Shown: positions 40,526-53,442 of the stretch, one piece after another
How the letters are laid out: each line of letters starts with the position of its first letter
Position numbering within the stretch: position 1 is the stretch's first letter
DNA from: Trichinella spiralis
Lineage: Eukaryota
Direction: 5' to 3'
DNA length: 64,000 nt
NCBI RefSeq assembly: GCF_000181795.1
Contig: NW_003526944.1
Location: 1,392,498-1,456,497 of the forward strand
Made by a program: the position numbers and the translations under genes
The notes under the pieces: generated by a model
Told to the model about the DNA's origin: nothing
Database searches by the model: none
Seen by the model: the letters and a program-made list of their open reading frames with translations, nothing else

Positions 40526-42570
40526 GAAAAAATTTAAAGTACTTTGGTTAAGGAATGCGAATAAATTTCAAAAGAGAATATGATTGAGTGAATTATTTTA
40601 TGATAATATGAATAATCTTTTTATTTGTATTATAAAAAATAACTTAAAATGCACATGTACTTTATGCAAAAACACTTTAACATTGGTATTTTTAATGAAT
40701 GAATAATTTGTGTATGTGAAAATTTTATAAGTTATATAAATCAACTTTAATTTTTTTGTTCTTTTTCATTATATAATCTGTGAATCGTTAATTTACACAT
40801 TTTATGCTATATGGTTGTTATAGTTATATAAATTGATCGTATAGTTTTTGCAGGAAAGTTTAGTAATTTGAACGTAAACTGTCTTATAGTATTATCTTAA
40901 GAATTTTGATTGAAAGATGAGGAAAAAGTTATAAATTTTTAAAAAATTGAAAAAATAAAACAATTTAAAATATGTAGGTCACCAAAAGAAAAGTAATGAA
41001 AATTAGGTACTTTTGTTGTTGAATTTTCAAATTTTCAGACAGTGCCGCCCTCTGTGCTGAATTTTTTGCCTGTTGTCTTCTCCTTTTTGTTTTTCAGTTT
41101 TTATTAATACGCTCAAAAAACTTTAGGTGCACCTTGTCATGGGAATAAATTATTTCATAATCTAATTACTTCGCTTTTGTTTCGCAAATGTTGATAACTT
41201 TATATATATTTGATTTTTACATATACAAATAGAGTCAAATTGACAGTATGTGCACATTGTTCAAAATCATTTATAATAGCACTTGCATATATATTGCAAG
41301 GAAACTGTTTTAATTTCATAAAAATGAAATAAAATTAAAGTTAACCATTGTGACGTGGTTGATCACTTTTTTGCATATTCAAACATATAAACAAACAAAT
41401 ACAGAACATGCGCACGAATTTCTTAGGCAGAAAGAAACATTTTGAAATTAGTTTAATTGCTAAGTTTTTGTTATCAGAACAATTTAACATTTCTGACAAG
41501 AAACTAAAATATAGCAGTGTTTGCTTGTTGCACAATGGTCTGATTTATATCAAGAAATGCATTGGTGCACATTTTACATTTCATACTAAAAAATTCCAAC
41601 TTTTGACAGTTACAAAAGTATTTGCTCACAAATTAATTGAATTCAATATGGAAAAAACGTTTTACTGCTTAAAACTTTAAACGTCAGTTTGTTTGAAAAA
41701 TCAATTCGAATGTTTTAATCATTTTTTAAATCAATCATACATCACAAATTATATTTATAGTGTGATTGACAAAACAAGAATTAACAATGCACAATAATGC
41801 AAGTATAGAAGTACAGATTAAAGAATTGATAAAGCAACAACTTGTTCTGTAAAGCAAATTTATTTCTTAATTCAACTAAGGAAATCTAATTCAATCAACT
41901 GAAAGTGTAAGGATACATGTGAAAACGGTTGTAAGTGAATATTTGATTTCAAACCGATACTATATATCATATAAGATTGCGTATGTTTTCAGATATTTTT
42001 TACAAAAGACTAATATCTTCGAAACGCTTTAATAAATTACCGTTAAACAAAGGGAATAACAAACTGAAAGTAAAACTTTCAAATGGTTTGTTTTGTACTG
42101 AAAATAACATTTGTTGGTTTTGTTTCAATTGCTCTTAAATATCAGATAATTTTTAGGAACTACTGTATAAAACTTTTTGCAAAGTAAAATCATCCTGACA
42201 TTTTGTTAGCAGATTGGTGTGTAAGTATCTCTTCATAAAGTAATCATCATGAAGTATCCGTTTTTTTTTCTCATTCAGTCATTCCCAATGCGTTATGTAA
42301 ATTCTATGTTATGCAATGCCCTATTGCTTTGGTATTGTCAGTTTCTTTCTCTAAATATAAATTTTTTACAATATTTTTTTGAATTTTCTAATTGAATAAC
42401 GAATGATTTTTTTATTTTTGATATACTTTTGGTTATTGTGCTAATTTTTGTGATTACAGATTTTAACTCACAAATTTTTAGTTGTAATTCAATCTTGTAC
42501 TTGTCAAATTGCGTCAGATGAAGCGTTGAAACAGCCACGCCCAGAGATTTCAATCTGAAAATCTTGAAAA

Positions 42571-45500
42571 ATGGACGACGGTAAAGTGGCATACTTTGTT
42601 TTAATTGAAATAACGCAAAGTTTTTGTGTCATTTGTGTAAATTTATGAGATAAATGATTAATTTTTTAAATATTTTTTTACAAAAATGTGTTCAAATAAT
42701 ACGTTTGGGTAAGGCTGAATTTGGGTAAGGTTGATTTGTAGTTCTCTTAAAAGATTTGCGTTATATGAAACGTAATATTTTTATTTATGTTATTTTGTGT
42801 TAAAAGTGAATTTTAGTTATAAGCTTTTATATATTGAGTTGTTTTTGTAGATTTATTATTGTTATTTACAGTTGAAGTTTGTTTCTTTTCATAATTTTTG
42901 ATTAGTTAGAATTAACTGCAGTTGGTGCATAATTGCAGATTGAAATTATATTTTTTTTGTATTGAATTTACTTCAGTTTATAATTTTGAGAATAATGTTG
43001 GCATTTTTGTATTTATAATATACTATGTATAATGTAGTTTTTCGGTCAGTTGTCTTTTGTGGGTGAATTGAACGTTGTGTTGTACAGTATATATTTGGGT
43101 GAACGCAATCAATATGCAAATTACTTTTAAGAATGTTGATCAAACGAATTGAAAAAAAGCGTAGGAGTTAAAGTATGCTTCATTTTGTTTTGCTTACGTT
43201 TAGATTGTGAAATGATTGATAAGGTTGATTTTTAGTTTCAGTATTGTAGTGTTATATACTTTTTTCTTGAAAAATAATTTATTTTAGAATTTTACCCGAA
43301 AATTAAAACGGACCGTCAAAAAGTGATCTTTTCTCGTCGACGTATGTCGCAGGAAATGGTGAGGCTTGTTCAGTCGTGTTCCAGAAACTCCCTCGACACA
43401 GGCGAGGAGTCGGACATTGAAAGTGGCGGTGAATCTTCACCGTTGGGTTGGAAACATAGCTCTGAAGTTGGTCGGCGGGTGGGGCACTCTCCACAGCAAC
43501 ACACCGCACGCCTGAGGGCGTTGAACAAAGCAAACTTGGAAAACAATTTTGCCCGTGAAAATCCGACAGCTTCATCCACGACGAACAATATGGAAATTTT
43601 TAATAATTATCTTCCGTCTGACGGCGGTGAAACTGTCGAGATAAGAAAATCCACCAACAGCAATAACATGGACAACGGTGGCCATTGGAAAAAATCAAGG
43701 ATGAATGTTTTCACTTCTCATCTGTTGTCTAACAAATTTCATGTGTTTTGCTTATCGTTTGTTATTTTTATTTTCTACATTTTACCTGGTGATTTGTTAA
43801 AGTTCGCTATCATTATTTGGCTATGTGTTCGGTTTTTTCCAAAACCGAAAATTCAGCAAAACACTTTCACTGCACATTTACAGTTCATCGATACTCCTAC
43901 TTATTCTGTTCAAGAAGGATGCATTTATCTGGTATGATGATAATGTTGTTATTAATCTTTTTTTAGTGAAGTATAATTTATGAATATGGAATTAAAATTT
44001 CAGGGTTCTCTCAGGCAGCTGAAAACCTCCTACGAACCATCATTGTATCACAAGAAACAAACGACTTTGGTCAGCGTTATGGTGAAGAGTAGTGGAATGA
44101 TGCATGTGTGCACGGTTGCGAATGATTCCATGCAAGGCGAGGCAAATTTAAACAAATCTGATGGAGTGGAATTGAACTCAGAAAGAATATACAATTTAAA
44201 AGGTAACTTATAAACTGAAAATTTCATTATAAAGTAATATTTTTTTAAGGTGCTGATGTTTTCCTTCTCCCTGAGCAGCTTGCACGTCGTCGTTGGTGGT
44301 CAAAAAAGTATCCCATTTGTATAAAATTGCGAGGCAAGCAATAACTATACTTATTGTCAATTTTTAATTTTAATTTTAAAAATTTAAAGGTGAATTCACT
44401 TATTCTAAAATCAGTATGTCCAAGAATTTTGTGTCGCTCCCAAATTTGAATAATGATTTCCAGTGTGCCATTGGCAAAGAGTCTAACGATGATGAAGTGT
44501 TGTACTTTTTTGCAAAAAACAATCGCGAAAAGGAACAGTGGTTTTATTGGTATTTACGTTTAGTTTATATTGTATTAATTTTTTATTCGTATTATTTTGT
44601 TCAGCTTGAAAAAGGTTGCCGGCACTTTTTCCAAAACTGTCGATCGAAATTGTCACAGTGACAGCGAGTGTATTTCAACTGGATCAGATCACTGTTATGC
44701 TAATTTGAACAATCATTTTTCTCATGCTATGCAACAAACGTATGAAAAGTAAGTAGACAATTTGATTAATCGAGAAAATTAATGAATATTGGGAAGAAAA
44801 AAGAATACTTTTCAGTTTCATGAACAGCGTTGTGACAAAGCACGAAGAGGGAACCAACAGAAGATATATCGAATTGAATGATTGCCGTCGTTTTGCTAAA
44901 ATTGCCGATAGAACACATGCCGATTCATCCCATTCCGTTCAGCAATCATTAAATTGGCTTAACGTGATCATAGCGAGGTTTTTATTTTGTGTTTTTATTT
45001 ATTTGTTTATTTTTTTAATCATTTCATGGTTGTAGAATATTTTTCTCTTTGTCCACAGAACAAACTATCGTAGAAGCTATTATGGGAGAAATCCAAAAAA
45101 AGCTTCTGGTGATGTCAGTAAGTGGAAAGCGTATTTCTGATTAATTATTTGCTGTAATTTTTATGAATTTTTTTTGTTGGTTTTAAGATTTCACCGATAT
45201 TTGACACTATCAAATTGATCTCTTTTAATTTGGGAAAAACCTCGCCGGTCATTCATTCAGTCGATGATCCACCGATCAGAGATTTCTGGGGTTTGTGGTT
45301 TGATTTCGAAGTAAACAACATTGGCTAATTTTTGTCCAGCTTTTCTTATTAATCAAAAAGCTTACAGTGGTGATATTTAGATTGAATATTCGGGTCAGAT
45401 TTCTATAGTAATAGAGACGAAATTAAATGTCTCCAAAAATTACAGCAGCAGTGGTGAACAAGTTCAAAAGTCCGCCAAGAAGAATTATTGCGATGAAAAC

Positions 45501-46191
45501 ATTCCCGAATCCGGGGATTCGTCAAGCGAAGAGGAATATTCTCGAATTATCAGTTCCGGACAGTATGTTTAAAATGATTGAATTTTATGAAAGTTGATAT
45601 TTTATTTGGTTTTCAAGCAGAGAAAGAATCAAAAAATTTTTTTTGTATTACGTCGCACCAGCAGGAAATTATCAGCATACGAAGTACAATAAAATTTTCG
45701 ACAAATTAGCCAGTCAGTTTTAGTTTATTTAATAAACAAGCAAATTTTACTGTTGGTGTAAATTTCTTCAATTAATTTCAAGAGATCGCTGGTCAACCGA
45801 TCACATTGGCTATTGAAGTGACACACTTGAAAGGTCGTCTGGTGGTCAACTTGCCGTCTCCACCTACAGATCGTATTTGGTATATTATTTGCTGTTGTTG
45901 TTGTTGCTTACTGCTTCGTTAGTTCGATTTTTAGGTATGCTTTTCGAAATGAACCGGAAATAACATTTCAAATATCTCCGAAATTTGGACAGCATTCTGT
46001 GAACTTGAATCCACTAACGGACATTATAAAGAACAGATTGAAGAAAATGATAAACGTTAGCAAATTTCACATTTGTATTCATTATATTGGAATAATTTCA
46101 GTATTTATTTTAGAAAAAACTCGTCATTCCTAACATGGATAACGTAATCATACCGTATTGTTCCGCCAGTTCAATGACGGAAAAAATTTAA
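42571..46191 (+). CDS. TEX2: TEX2/NVJ2-like ER contact-site protein (TM, PH-like and SMP domains)
   Basis: LARRRWWSKKYPICIKL, LYFFAKNNREKEQWF, WLNVIIAR, GRLVVNLPSPPTDRIW|YAFR, KKLVIPNMDNV. A 10-nt first coding exon (ATGGACGACG, 42571-42580) splices in frame to 43288. Confidence 0.88.
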
Positions 46192-46833
46192 TAATGCTCG
46201 GAGTACTATTTTACACTTGCATCTTCTGCACCAGAAACTTGTGCTAACAATCTTGTCGATGATTTCTGAATAAACTGATTTTGTTTTCACTCTACTTTTT
46301 TGCGTTTAAAACATGATCGAATTCAATTTTCGAATTATTTTTCCGTTTTTAAAATTTGCATTTTTAAACTGTAGCATGTGCCTTTTCTAGCTAGTGCCGA
46401 TATCCGAAAATCACGTCGACGATAAATTGCATTGCAGCATTGTTTCTCATTCATTTTTTCAGGTAACTTTGTTTTTTTTTATCTTGCATGTCATTTTGTC
46501 ATACTGTAGTATTCTGTTTTATTTGAAACATTGAATTTTTAACGTGAAATCTTTTAAATATGGTGATGTAGTTTGTTCAAAAACTTAACGATCGGTTCTA
46601 CTTTTTCAAAATGAATGAATTCTTTTCTAAAAGTAATCTTTATGGCCGCTGCCTAGTTACTTGCAAGTTGTTGTTTTGTTTCACCGGATGAAATGAATAT
46701 CTACTAGAATACGTAAAAAATATTTCTTTATTGTCTTCCTTTCTCATTTCACTGAAAATGAATGCAAAAATCAGCAGTAAGGAAAGATTGCGAGGAACGG
46801 TATCTAAGGCTACTCTACCGCACAAACTCAGTA

Positions 46834-47319
46834 TTAGTATTGTTCTTTGTTTTCCTTGTTAATCCACATCTGCATCGCGTTTTCCATACCATCTACCGGT
46901 ACGTGTTCCATGTACGCATTCAGTGAGCTTGAATCGGACAGCAAGTCGTAGAAAGCTTTGTCGCGGAATCCAGCCGCAGCCGCATCTTCTTCACTAAGGG
47001 AATAGTAGATTTTTTCAATGCCTGACCAAAGCGCCGCGCCCAAGCACATCGGGCACGGCTTACAGCTTGTGTACAGCTCGCAGCCGGCCAGATTCCAGTG
47101 GCCCAGAGCGGCCGCCGCCCTGCGAATTACAGTCACCTCTGCGTGAGCGGTCGGATCATTGGTCAGGAGTACCTCATTGTGACCGATGGCCAAGACACGT
47201 CCATTTTTTACCACTAGAGCGCCAAACGGACCGCCATCGTCACTTTCAACACCACGTTCCGCCTCCTGGCATGCCATTTTTAACAGCGCCTCAGTATTCT
47301 CTTTCGAATCAGCAGTCAT
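46834..47319 (-). CDS. Cytidine-deaminase-fold guanine/guanosine deaminase (GuaD/GSDA type), intronless
   Basis: GGPFGALVV, GHNEV..NDPTAHAEVTVIR (HxE), LYTSCKPCPMCLGA (PCxxC), EDAAAAGFRD and a C-terminal Tyr (..KEQY*). Confidence 0.9.
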   Translation of the reverse strand: MTADSKENTEALLKMACQEAERGVESDDGGPFGALVVKNGRVLAIGHNEVLLTNDPTAHAEVTVIRRAAAALGHWNLAGCELYTSCKPCPMCLGAALWSGIEKIYYSLSEEDAAAAGFRDKAFYDLLSDSSSLNAYMEHVPVDGMENAMQMWINKENKEQY

Positions 47320-48915
47320 CCTTTGGGGATCGTCGTCTCTCGTCGCTTATTTCGACTTGTCTTTTATCTAGTGACAGTCAACTGCGAGCAGTTCACTTGT
47401 TTAAGCAAGAATAATTGATTCAGTAGAATGACAGTAAACACAGTTCGTGAGCATTTATTTAAAAATCAGGTTTTAGTTAGCAGAACAAGTTCACGGGTAT
47501 TGATGAGCAATTTGCTAATTGCTACACTACAGTTAGTTTTGTAGTTAAAGTCAATCCAATGAAAATAGCAGTTATTTTTTCAGTTATTGTTTTAAATATA
47601 ATAGCACTAACCAGTTCAACAGTTTATTTATGAGAGTCCAAATTTACAACTGCAATGTCAAATCTGAAAGTAAATCTTGCATCTACTATACGTACATGTG
47701 ATGCTCAAGTTCGTCCACATATTGGATGAAAAAATTTTCATAATGGTCTCAGGTAATATATTCACCGAAGAGATTTAGCAGGTGGATAATATTTCTTCAT
47801 TCAATTTTTGTAATTATACCTCTTCAGTAGTAGAGTAGTGGCAATAATTTTCAATAAATGATTTCTATAATTGAAACATTGTTACGGTCGGTGCCAGTTG
47901 TTTGAAATTCGATTTGACCTTAAGGTCGTTGAATGCAATTTTCTGTTCTTTGACCGGCATGTATTTTGCTGACGTATGCATTGCACGTAATATCGACTTG
48001 TCACTGTCACGCATTCTTAATACATGTGTATATTGGCGTGGATTACTATTGTCAATGTGACATGATGTTTTAACAGCTGTACAACTATCTGTCAATCTGT
48101 CCTCTGATTTTGCACAAAGTGAAATTTCATTGTTCACTTATCAGATAAAAACAGTAGATTTAATTGGAGCTGTAAACCAACACCAATTCGTATTGTTCTT
48201 GTTATTGGAACTTTTCACAAAAATTTCCCTCTGACGTGAAAAGGAAAAAAGTTATTATATCAAGATTTCAATGAAGGTTTAAAAAATTTTGTTAGTACAA
48301 ACTGGGAATGAGATTATAATTTTACTAACAGCATCACCGCGAATGGCAAACAAGTGCAATCGCAGATGAAAACAATTTTTCAACAGGTCAAATTTTCATA
48401 TACAAAGACAAATCAGCTGGATATACTGGCTGCAGGAAACAGTATGCGGAATGCTCAGAAACCCATCTTCACGTAACGAATAATTTCGAAAATTGCTAGA
48501 AAAAAATTTTTTTTTAAAAATAAGAAAGAACAAAGTAACCGTTTAACTAACTAAGTAGCAATCAAACACGGGATGTGTTAGTCAAATTGCACGCGAGTCA
48601 ATTTTTTCCTTTTCAAAATAGTCAAAAAATAAATTAATTTTTAAATAATGCTGATGGTATTGATACTTCACAGCGGTGACATGATCCACTGAATTTTCCG
48701 TTCATCATATTAATTTTATTTTTGGAAACAGAAAAGATAATTTATGAAATCAGTTCTGTGCCGTGTAAACTTTAACTAGCTGTTGCTTACCAGAACCACA
48801 GACAACAAACACGAACAATCCTATCAACCATGGAGCTGCCGCGTATTTATCCTCTTGTGGTTTCTATAAATTGGGAAGTTTCAGCTGAGCATTCATTATG
48901 AAAATATGACTGTCA

Positions 48916-49023
<108 letters not shown>

Positions 49024-49908
49024 TTAAATGTAGACAAAAATGTTCAGTTAAAAGGGACAGAACTTGAGGACGCCGTTAAATAACGCGACGCACAGTCAAA
49101 CACACGTTAGCTAACTGAACTAATGATAATTAAGTTTTATCATACTGTAATGTATACTGTATATTTGTTGGAAAATAAATTGTCAAATTGTAGAAAGAGA
49201 AAACAAATATAGCTGCTTGTAGACAATTTTGATATATATATATATACGAATTCAATGTTTAAATCATTAAAGATTGTTGTGATTTTAAATGTCTATTCAT
49301 TACTGATAGGCTAATAAGAGAGACGGCAATTTATTTATTTATTTATTGTTCAGATTATTTACATTCTTTATTTGTAATTTCGGATTCAAGTTTGCGTCAG
49401 TGACGTTACAGTATGACACGTATTTACATCGACATTGATAAAGCATTTCACTGAATTCACAGTGTAACTGACTCAATCAACATTAATCATTGTTGCGTCA
49501 TTACTGTGATTTCCTGCGGAAATGTTTTGTATTTTTGTCACTATCTTCCTCCTTTTCAATTTTGGGTAATTTTTAATTCGAATTCAGACACACGTACAAA
49601 ATGCATATATTCACGTGCGCATGTACATTTACTTCTTCATTCACAGATGAGGAGAGATTCAACAAAAATGGACAAGAAAATTTAAAGTGAAAAGAATTAA
49701 TTATCTGAAAGCTATGCATATTTTCGTATTATATAGGAAGCATAAAACACAAAAACGACCAATCCATTTGTCTAAGGTTTAAAATAATATAAGCTGGCTG
49801 ATGATTCTATTGTAAATTTGTCTCAATTGTATAGTAACATTATTTGTGTAAGGATTCTTGTTTACGGGCATGCATTTTTGTCAGGGAAGTGTAATTTTTC
49901 TTGTAAGA

Positions 49909-52900
49909 TTAGTTCATGTCCGGTGGAAACGTAGCCATCATCATACCTGGATCAGTTAGAACGTGCAAATTATCTGCCGATATGTAAATGGTTCCGTCTT
50001 CGGTAGTTGTGGAGGAGATCGCGGCCAAATCTAGCGCACTTTCGCCTCCGTTTGTATTTTGTAAAACACCGTCTTGTAGAACTACCATGCTGCTACCAGG
50101 AACAGTATGCACCAGATGCACGTTTTCATCCACCAGCTGTAAAGAGGATGCTGATTGCTTCAAAGTTTCACTGTCGAAGCTTGAATCAGAAGGTGCATCT
50201 GTCAATAGGCCTGGTTGGTTAGGATTCAACGCCTGGGCAGCTATATCACTCTCGGTTGGGTTAACTTGCAAAGTGAATGGCGCTGATGCTCCATTACCAT
50301 TGCCAGTTGTAGTTGTTGATTTTCCGAACTGTGTCAAATCAATCTGCATCGTTTCTATATCGTTCATCTCTTGCGTTGCACCGTCCGCAACAACCGCCGC
50401 TTCTTTCAGCATGTTATTTTGTTCCCACAAAATTATATATCTAAAGCAAAATCCAATTGGACACTCCACATAGTACTGCTGAGCTGTAGAGAGAAAGCTT
50501 ACTTCATGTCGTCATTTGGCATATGTACTTTCATGTGTTTCTCTAAGAGATTTTTCTCTTTGAATGATGAACCACAGTCACCGCACCTGTAAGGTTGTTC
50601 CGTAGCGTGCACCTGCATGTGTTTTTCAAGGTGTCCAAGACTGCTGTATGCCCGGTCACATTCCAAACACGGATAGGGACGAATGCCGCGGTGACCATCG
50701 ACATGCATTTGCAAGTCTTCCAATTTTGAAAATGCTTTCCAACAAGAACTGCACTGATACAATTTGGATCTCTTGTGCAAAGTCTTGTGTATCGCTACAA
50801 TTATTATTTTAGTGCTTTGTTCGAGTGTGCTTTATTGTTTCAAATTATTTTTTTACCCAATTTATCTTTCTCTCGAAAACGAAGACCGCAGCAATGACAG
50901 ACAAAAGGGAAATTATCACCGTGGGTTCTCAGATGGTATTTCAATTCGAAACGGTGATTGAAACGTCTTTCGCATACTTTGCACTTGTAAGCTCTTTCTC
51001 CGCTGTGGATACGCAAATGCGCGCTTAAACTGCTTGCTCGAGAGAACATTTTCTCACAAACATTACAAACATAGTGACGAGTCTGTAATTTATGAACGGT
51101 AAATTTTCAGTGCTTTTTTTCAACTGTTAATCCTCAAAAACAAAAAAATTCTTCTTTAACATACTTCAGTATGGATGGTAATGTGCTTTTTCAGCAGTGC
51201 TTCTTCGACAAATTGTCGCCCGCACTGGCCACATGTATAAAACGGTCCGTTGTGTTCACGCATATGTTTGGTCAGTGACTCTTTCTCATAGAAACTTTTC
51301 TGACAAAGCGGACAGACATGCTCTCTTATACGTTCCATATGTTTCGACTAAATTCATTTCAAAGTTAACACGATAAACACATTTTAAAAAATTAATTACC
51401 TTAAAATGAACGTCTACAGCTGCTTGACTAGGAAAATTCGTGTTACACTGATTGCAGGTGAATTTAAAATGAGCATTGTGCACTTCTTTATGCTTTAAAA
51501 AGTTGGATTTCCACTTGAATCTTTTCGGACAGAAACCACACATATACGGTATTTCATCAGTGTGCAAAATTTTGTGCTCTTTCAAGTACTCTTCTTTGGC
51601 GAATTTCCTGTGACAAACGCTGCAACTGAAAGGGATGATCCCTTCCTGCGCCAATCCGGGGATATAGCTGTATAGTTTCTTAAAAATTTAAATTTTATTA
51701 TGATAAAACATAAAACATTTATTTATTTAATGAATTGATAAAGAAAATTTCCTTGCCTTTTCGTCTAAAATACCATGTTCTTCTTTCATGTGTCTCTTGA
51801 GCAACAGTGCTGATATATAGTTCATACTGCACATGTTGCATTTGTGCTCACCCAAACGCTGATCAGACTCTTCATTTGCCTTTTCCAAATCTAGCAACTC
51901 ATAATCAGGCTCTTCTTCAATATCTTCATCTTCATCATTTCCACCAGAACCTGCAATAATTTAATTTTGGTTTCACTGTTTATTTTTATGTTAACAGCTT
52001 AAAACTGACCCATAACAGATTCAGGTTCTTCTTCTTTAACTGTGTGTTGTAAACGAATATGCGCTTGGAAAATCTCTTCTGATGGTAATATTAAATCACA
52101 GTTACAAAAACGGCAAAAGAATGTTCGACTTTTTGCATGTGCAAAGTCCTTGTGACGCTTCAGCTGCGATTCTTTATTAAATCTTTTCGAGCAATGTTCG
52201 CACTGATACTGACCATCCTCGTCTGAATGAATAATAAATAGAAATAAGAACAAGCAAATATTAGTATTTAAAAGCAATGAGCAGAGATATGTATAGTGAA
52301 TTTTACCAACAGCTTTTGAAGGTGTCATAGATGAATCCAATACGGGCATATCTTCGGATTCTTCATCTTGTACGATGACAAAACGCGATTCTCCTGTTTC
52401 CAACTGCATTTGATAGGTCTGATTCGGAGCTATCTGATCCGGAGCTGTTTTACGTAAAATTACTGACTGAGGACGACTTTCTGAATCCTGTGATGATCGC
52501 ACAACTATTTCATGAAAATCTGTGTCTGGGAAACTTAAGGAAAAGCATTTGTTTCAAAGTCTGAAATAGGTTAAAGATGCTTTTGTATAACACGCTTACC
52601 TTTTGATCAACGCATTGACCAGCAACGTGACATGTCGACTCAGGCGTGCACGTTGCAATTCGTTTTCTTGTGCAGAACGCTGAAACTGTAGAAACATCGC
52701 ACGGGCGTGATCTGGATATTTCAACAAATCTGCATCGAAGCCTGCAGGCCCTTGGCCTGCTGAAGTTGGAGTCACTGATGCAGATAAAACTGGGGGCTTA
52801 GAAGCAAAATTTTCCGCATCCGGATCTGCAGGCACAAGTTCAGGTGGTTTTGAAGGTGCTTCTGGTTCTAACCTGACAATGATAGAAAAAACAGATATCA

Positions 52901-53442
52901 AATTGATAGTTTACAGTTTTACCTAAATTTGCTTACTGTGGAGGTTCTTGATCGGTGCCTTCCATAACGTAATACTGCTGACTGCTTTGATCAAGATACT
53001 GTGAATTTTCATCATACATAGGGACGTCGGCTCCTTCTAACGTTTCCAAAGTAATACCAGCTTCAACTAGCTGCTCTGCTGTTAGCTGAAAAGCAAAAGC
53101 ACGTAGTGATTTTATGATGACTATGTAATTTCATGTAATTCTCACGGTAATAGTGTTTCCCTGTTCGTCAATGAATTGGGCTGTCCCATCCTCGGAACTA
53201 GCCAGTAGCTGTACCAGCTGCGCTGGATCCACATCCAGTACATGAGTTTCTATGAAGTATTTTTGAAATTTTTAGGAAACACAGATAACAATGGTTGTTT
53301 TTCAGTTTTAATTTAAATAACATAATTCTTTTAAAAAATTAAGGTATAATAAACAAATTTCTTTGCATCATATTTGGTAAACAGCATTTCTTCGCTTTCA
53401 AAATAAATAACAATTACCTTCAGCTTCACTGACGACCTCCAT
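49909..53442 (-). CDS. Multi-C2H2 zinc-finger protein (about 14 fingers, acidic N- and C-terminal regions)
   Basis: Tandem CxxC..HxxxH units, e.g. YMCGFCPKRFKWKSNFLKHKEVH, YVCNVCEKMFSRASSLSAHLRIHSGERAYKCKVC, YPCLECDRAYSSLGHLEKHMQVH. Start exon MEVVSEAE at 53442 inferred from splice phase. Confidence 0.88.

Noticed and set aside
42705..42734. Short tandem TTTGGGTAAGG duplication and other simple repeats (GATT near 21600, ATTTT near 30980)
   Set aside because: Ordinary slippage repeats. There is no repeat-spacer structure, so this is not CRISPR or a telomeric array.
47865..48137. 90-aa minus-strand ORF upstream of the guanine deaminase
   Set aside because: An acceptor-like site is present, but I could not build an in-phase multi-exon gene or recognise the protein.
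49909..53442. Zinc-finger gene as CTCF
   Set aside because: Finger number, spacing and sequences do not match the CTCF 11-finger array as I recall it.
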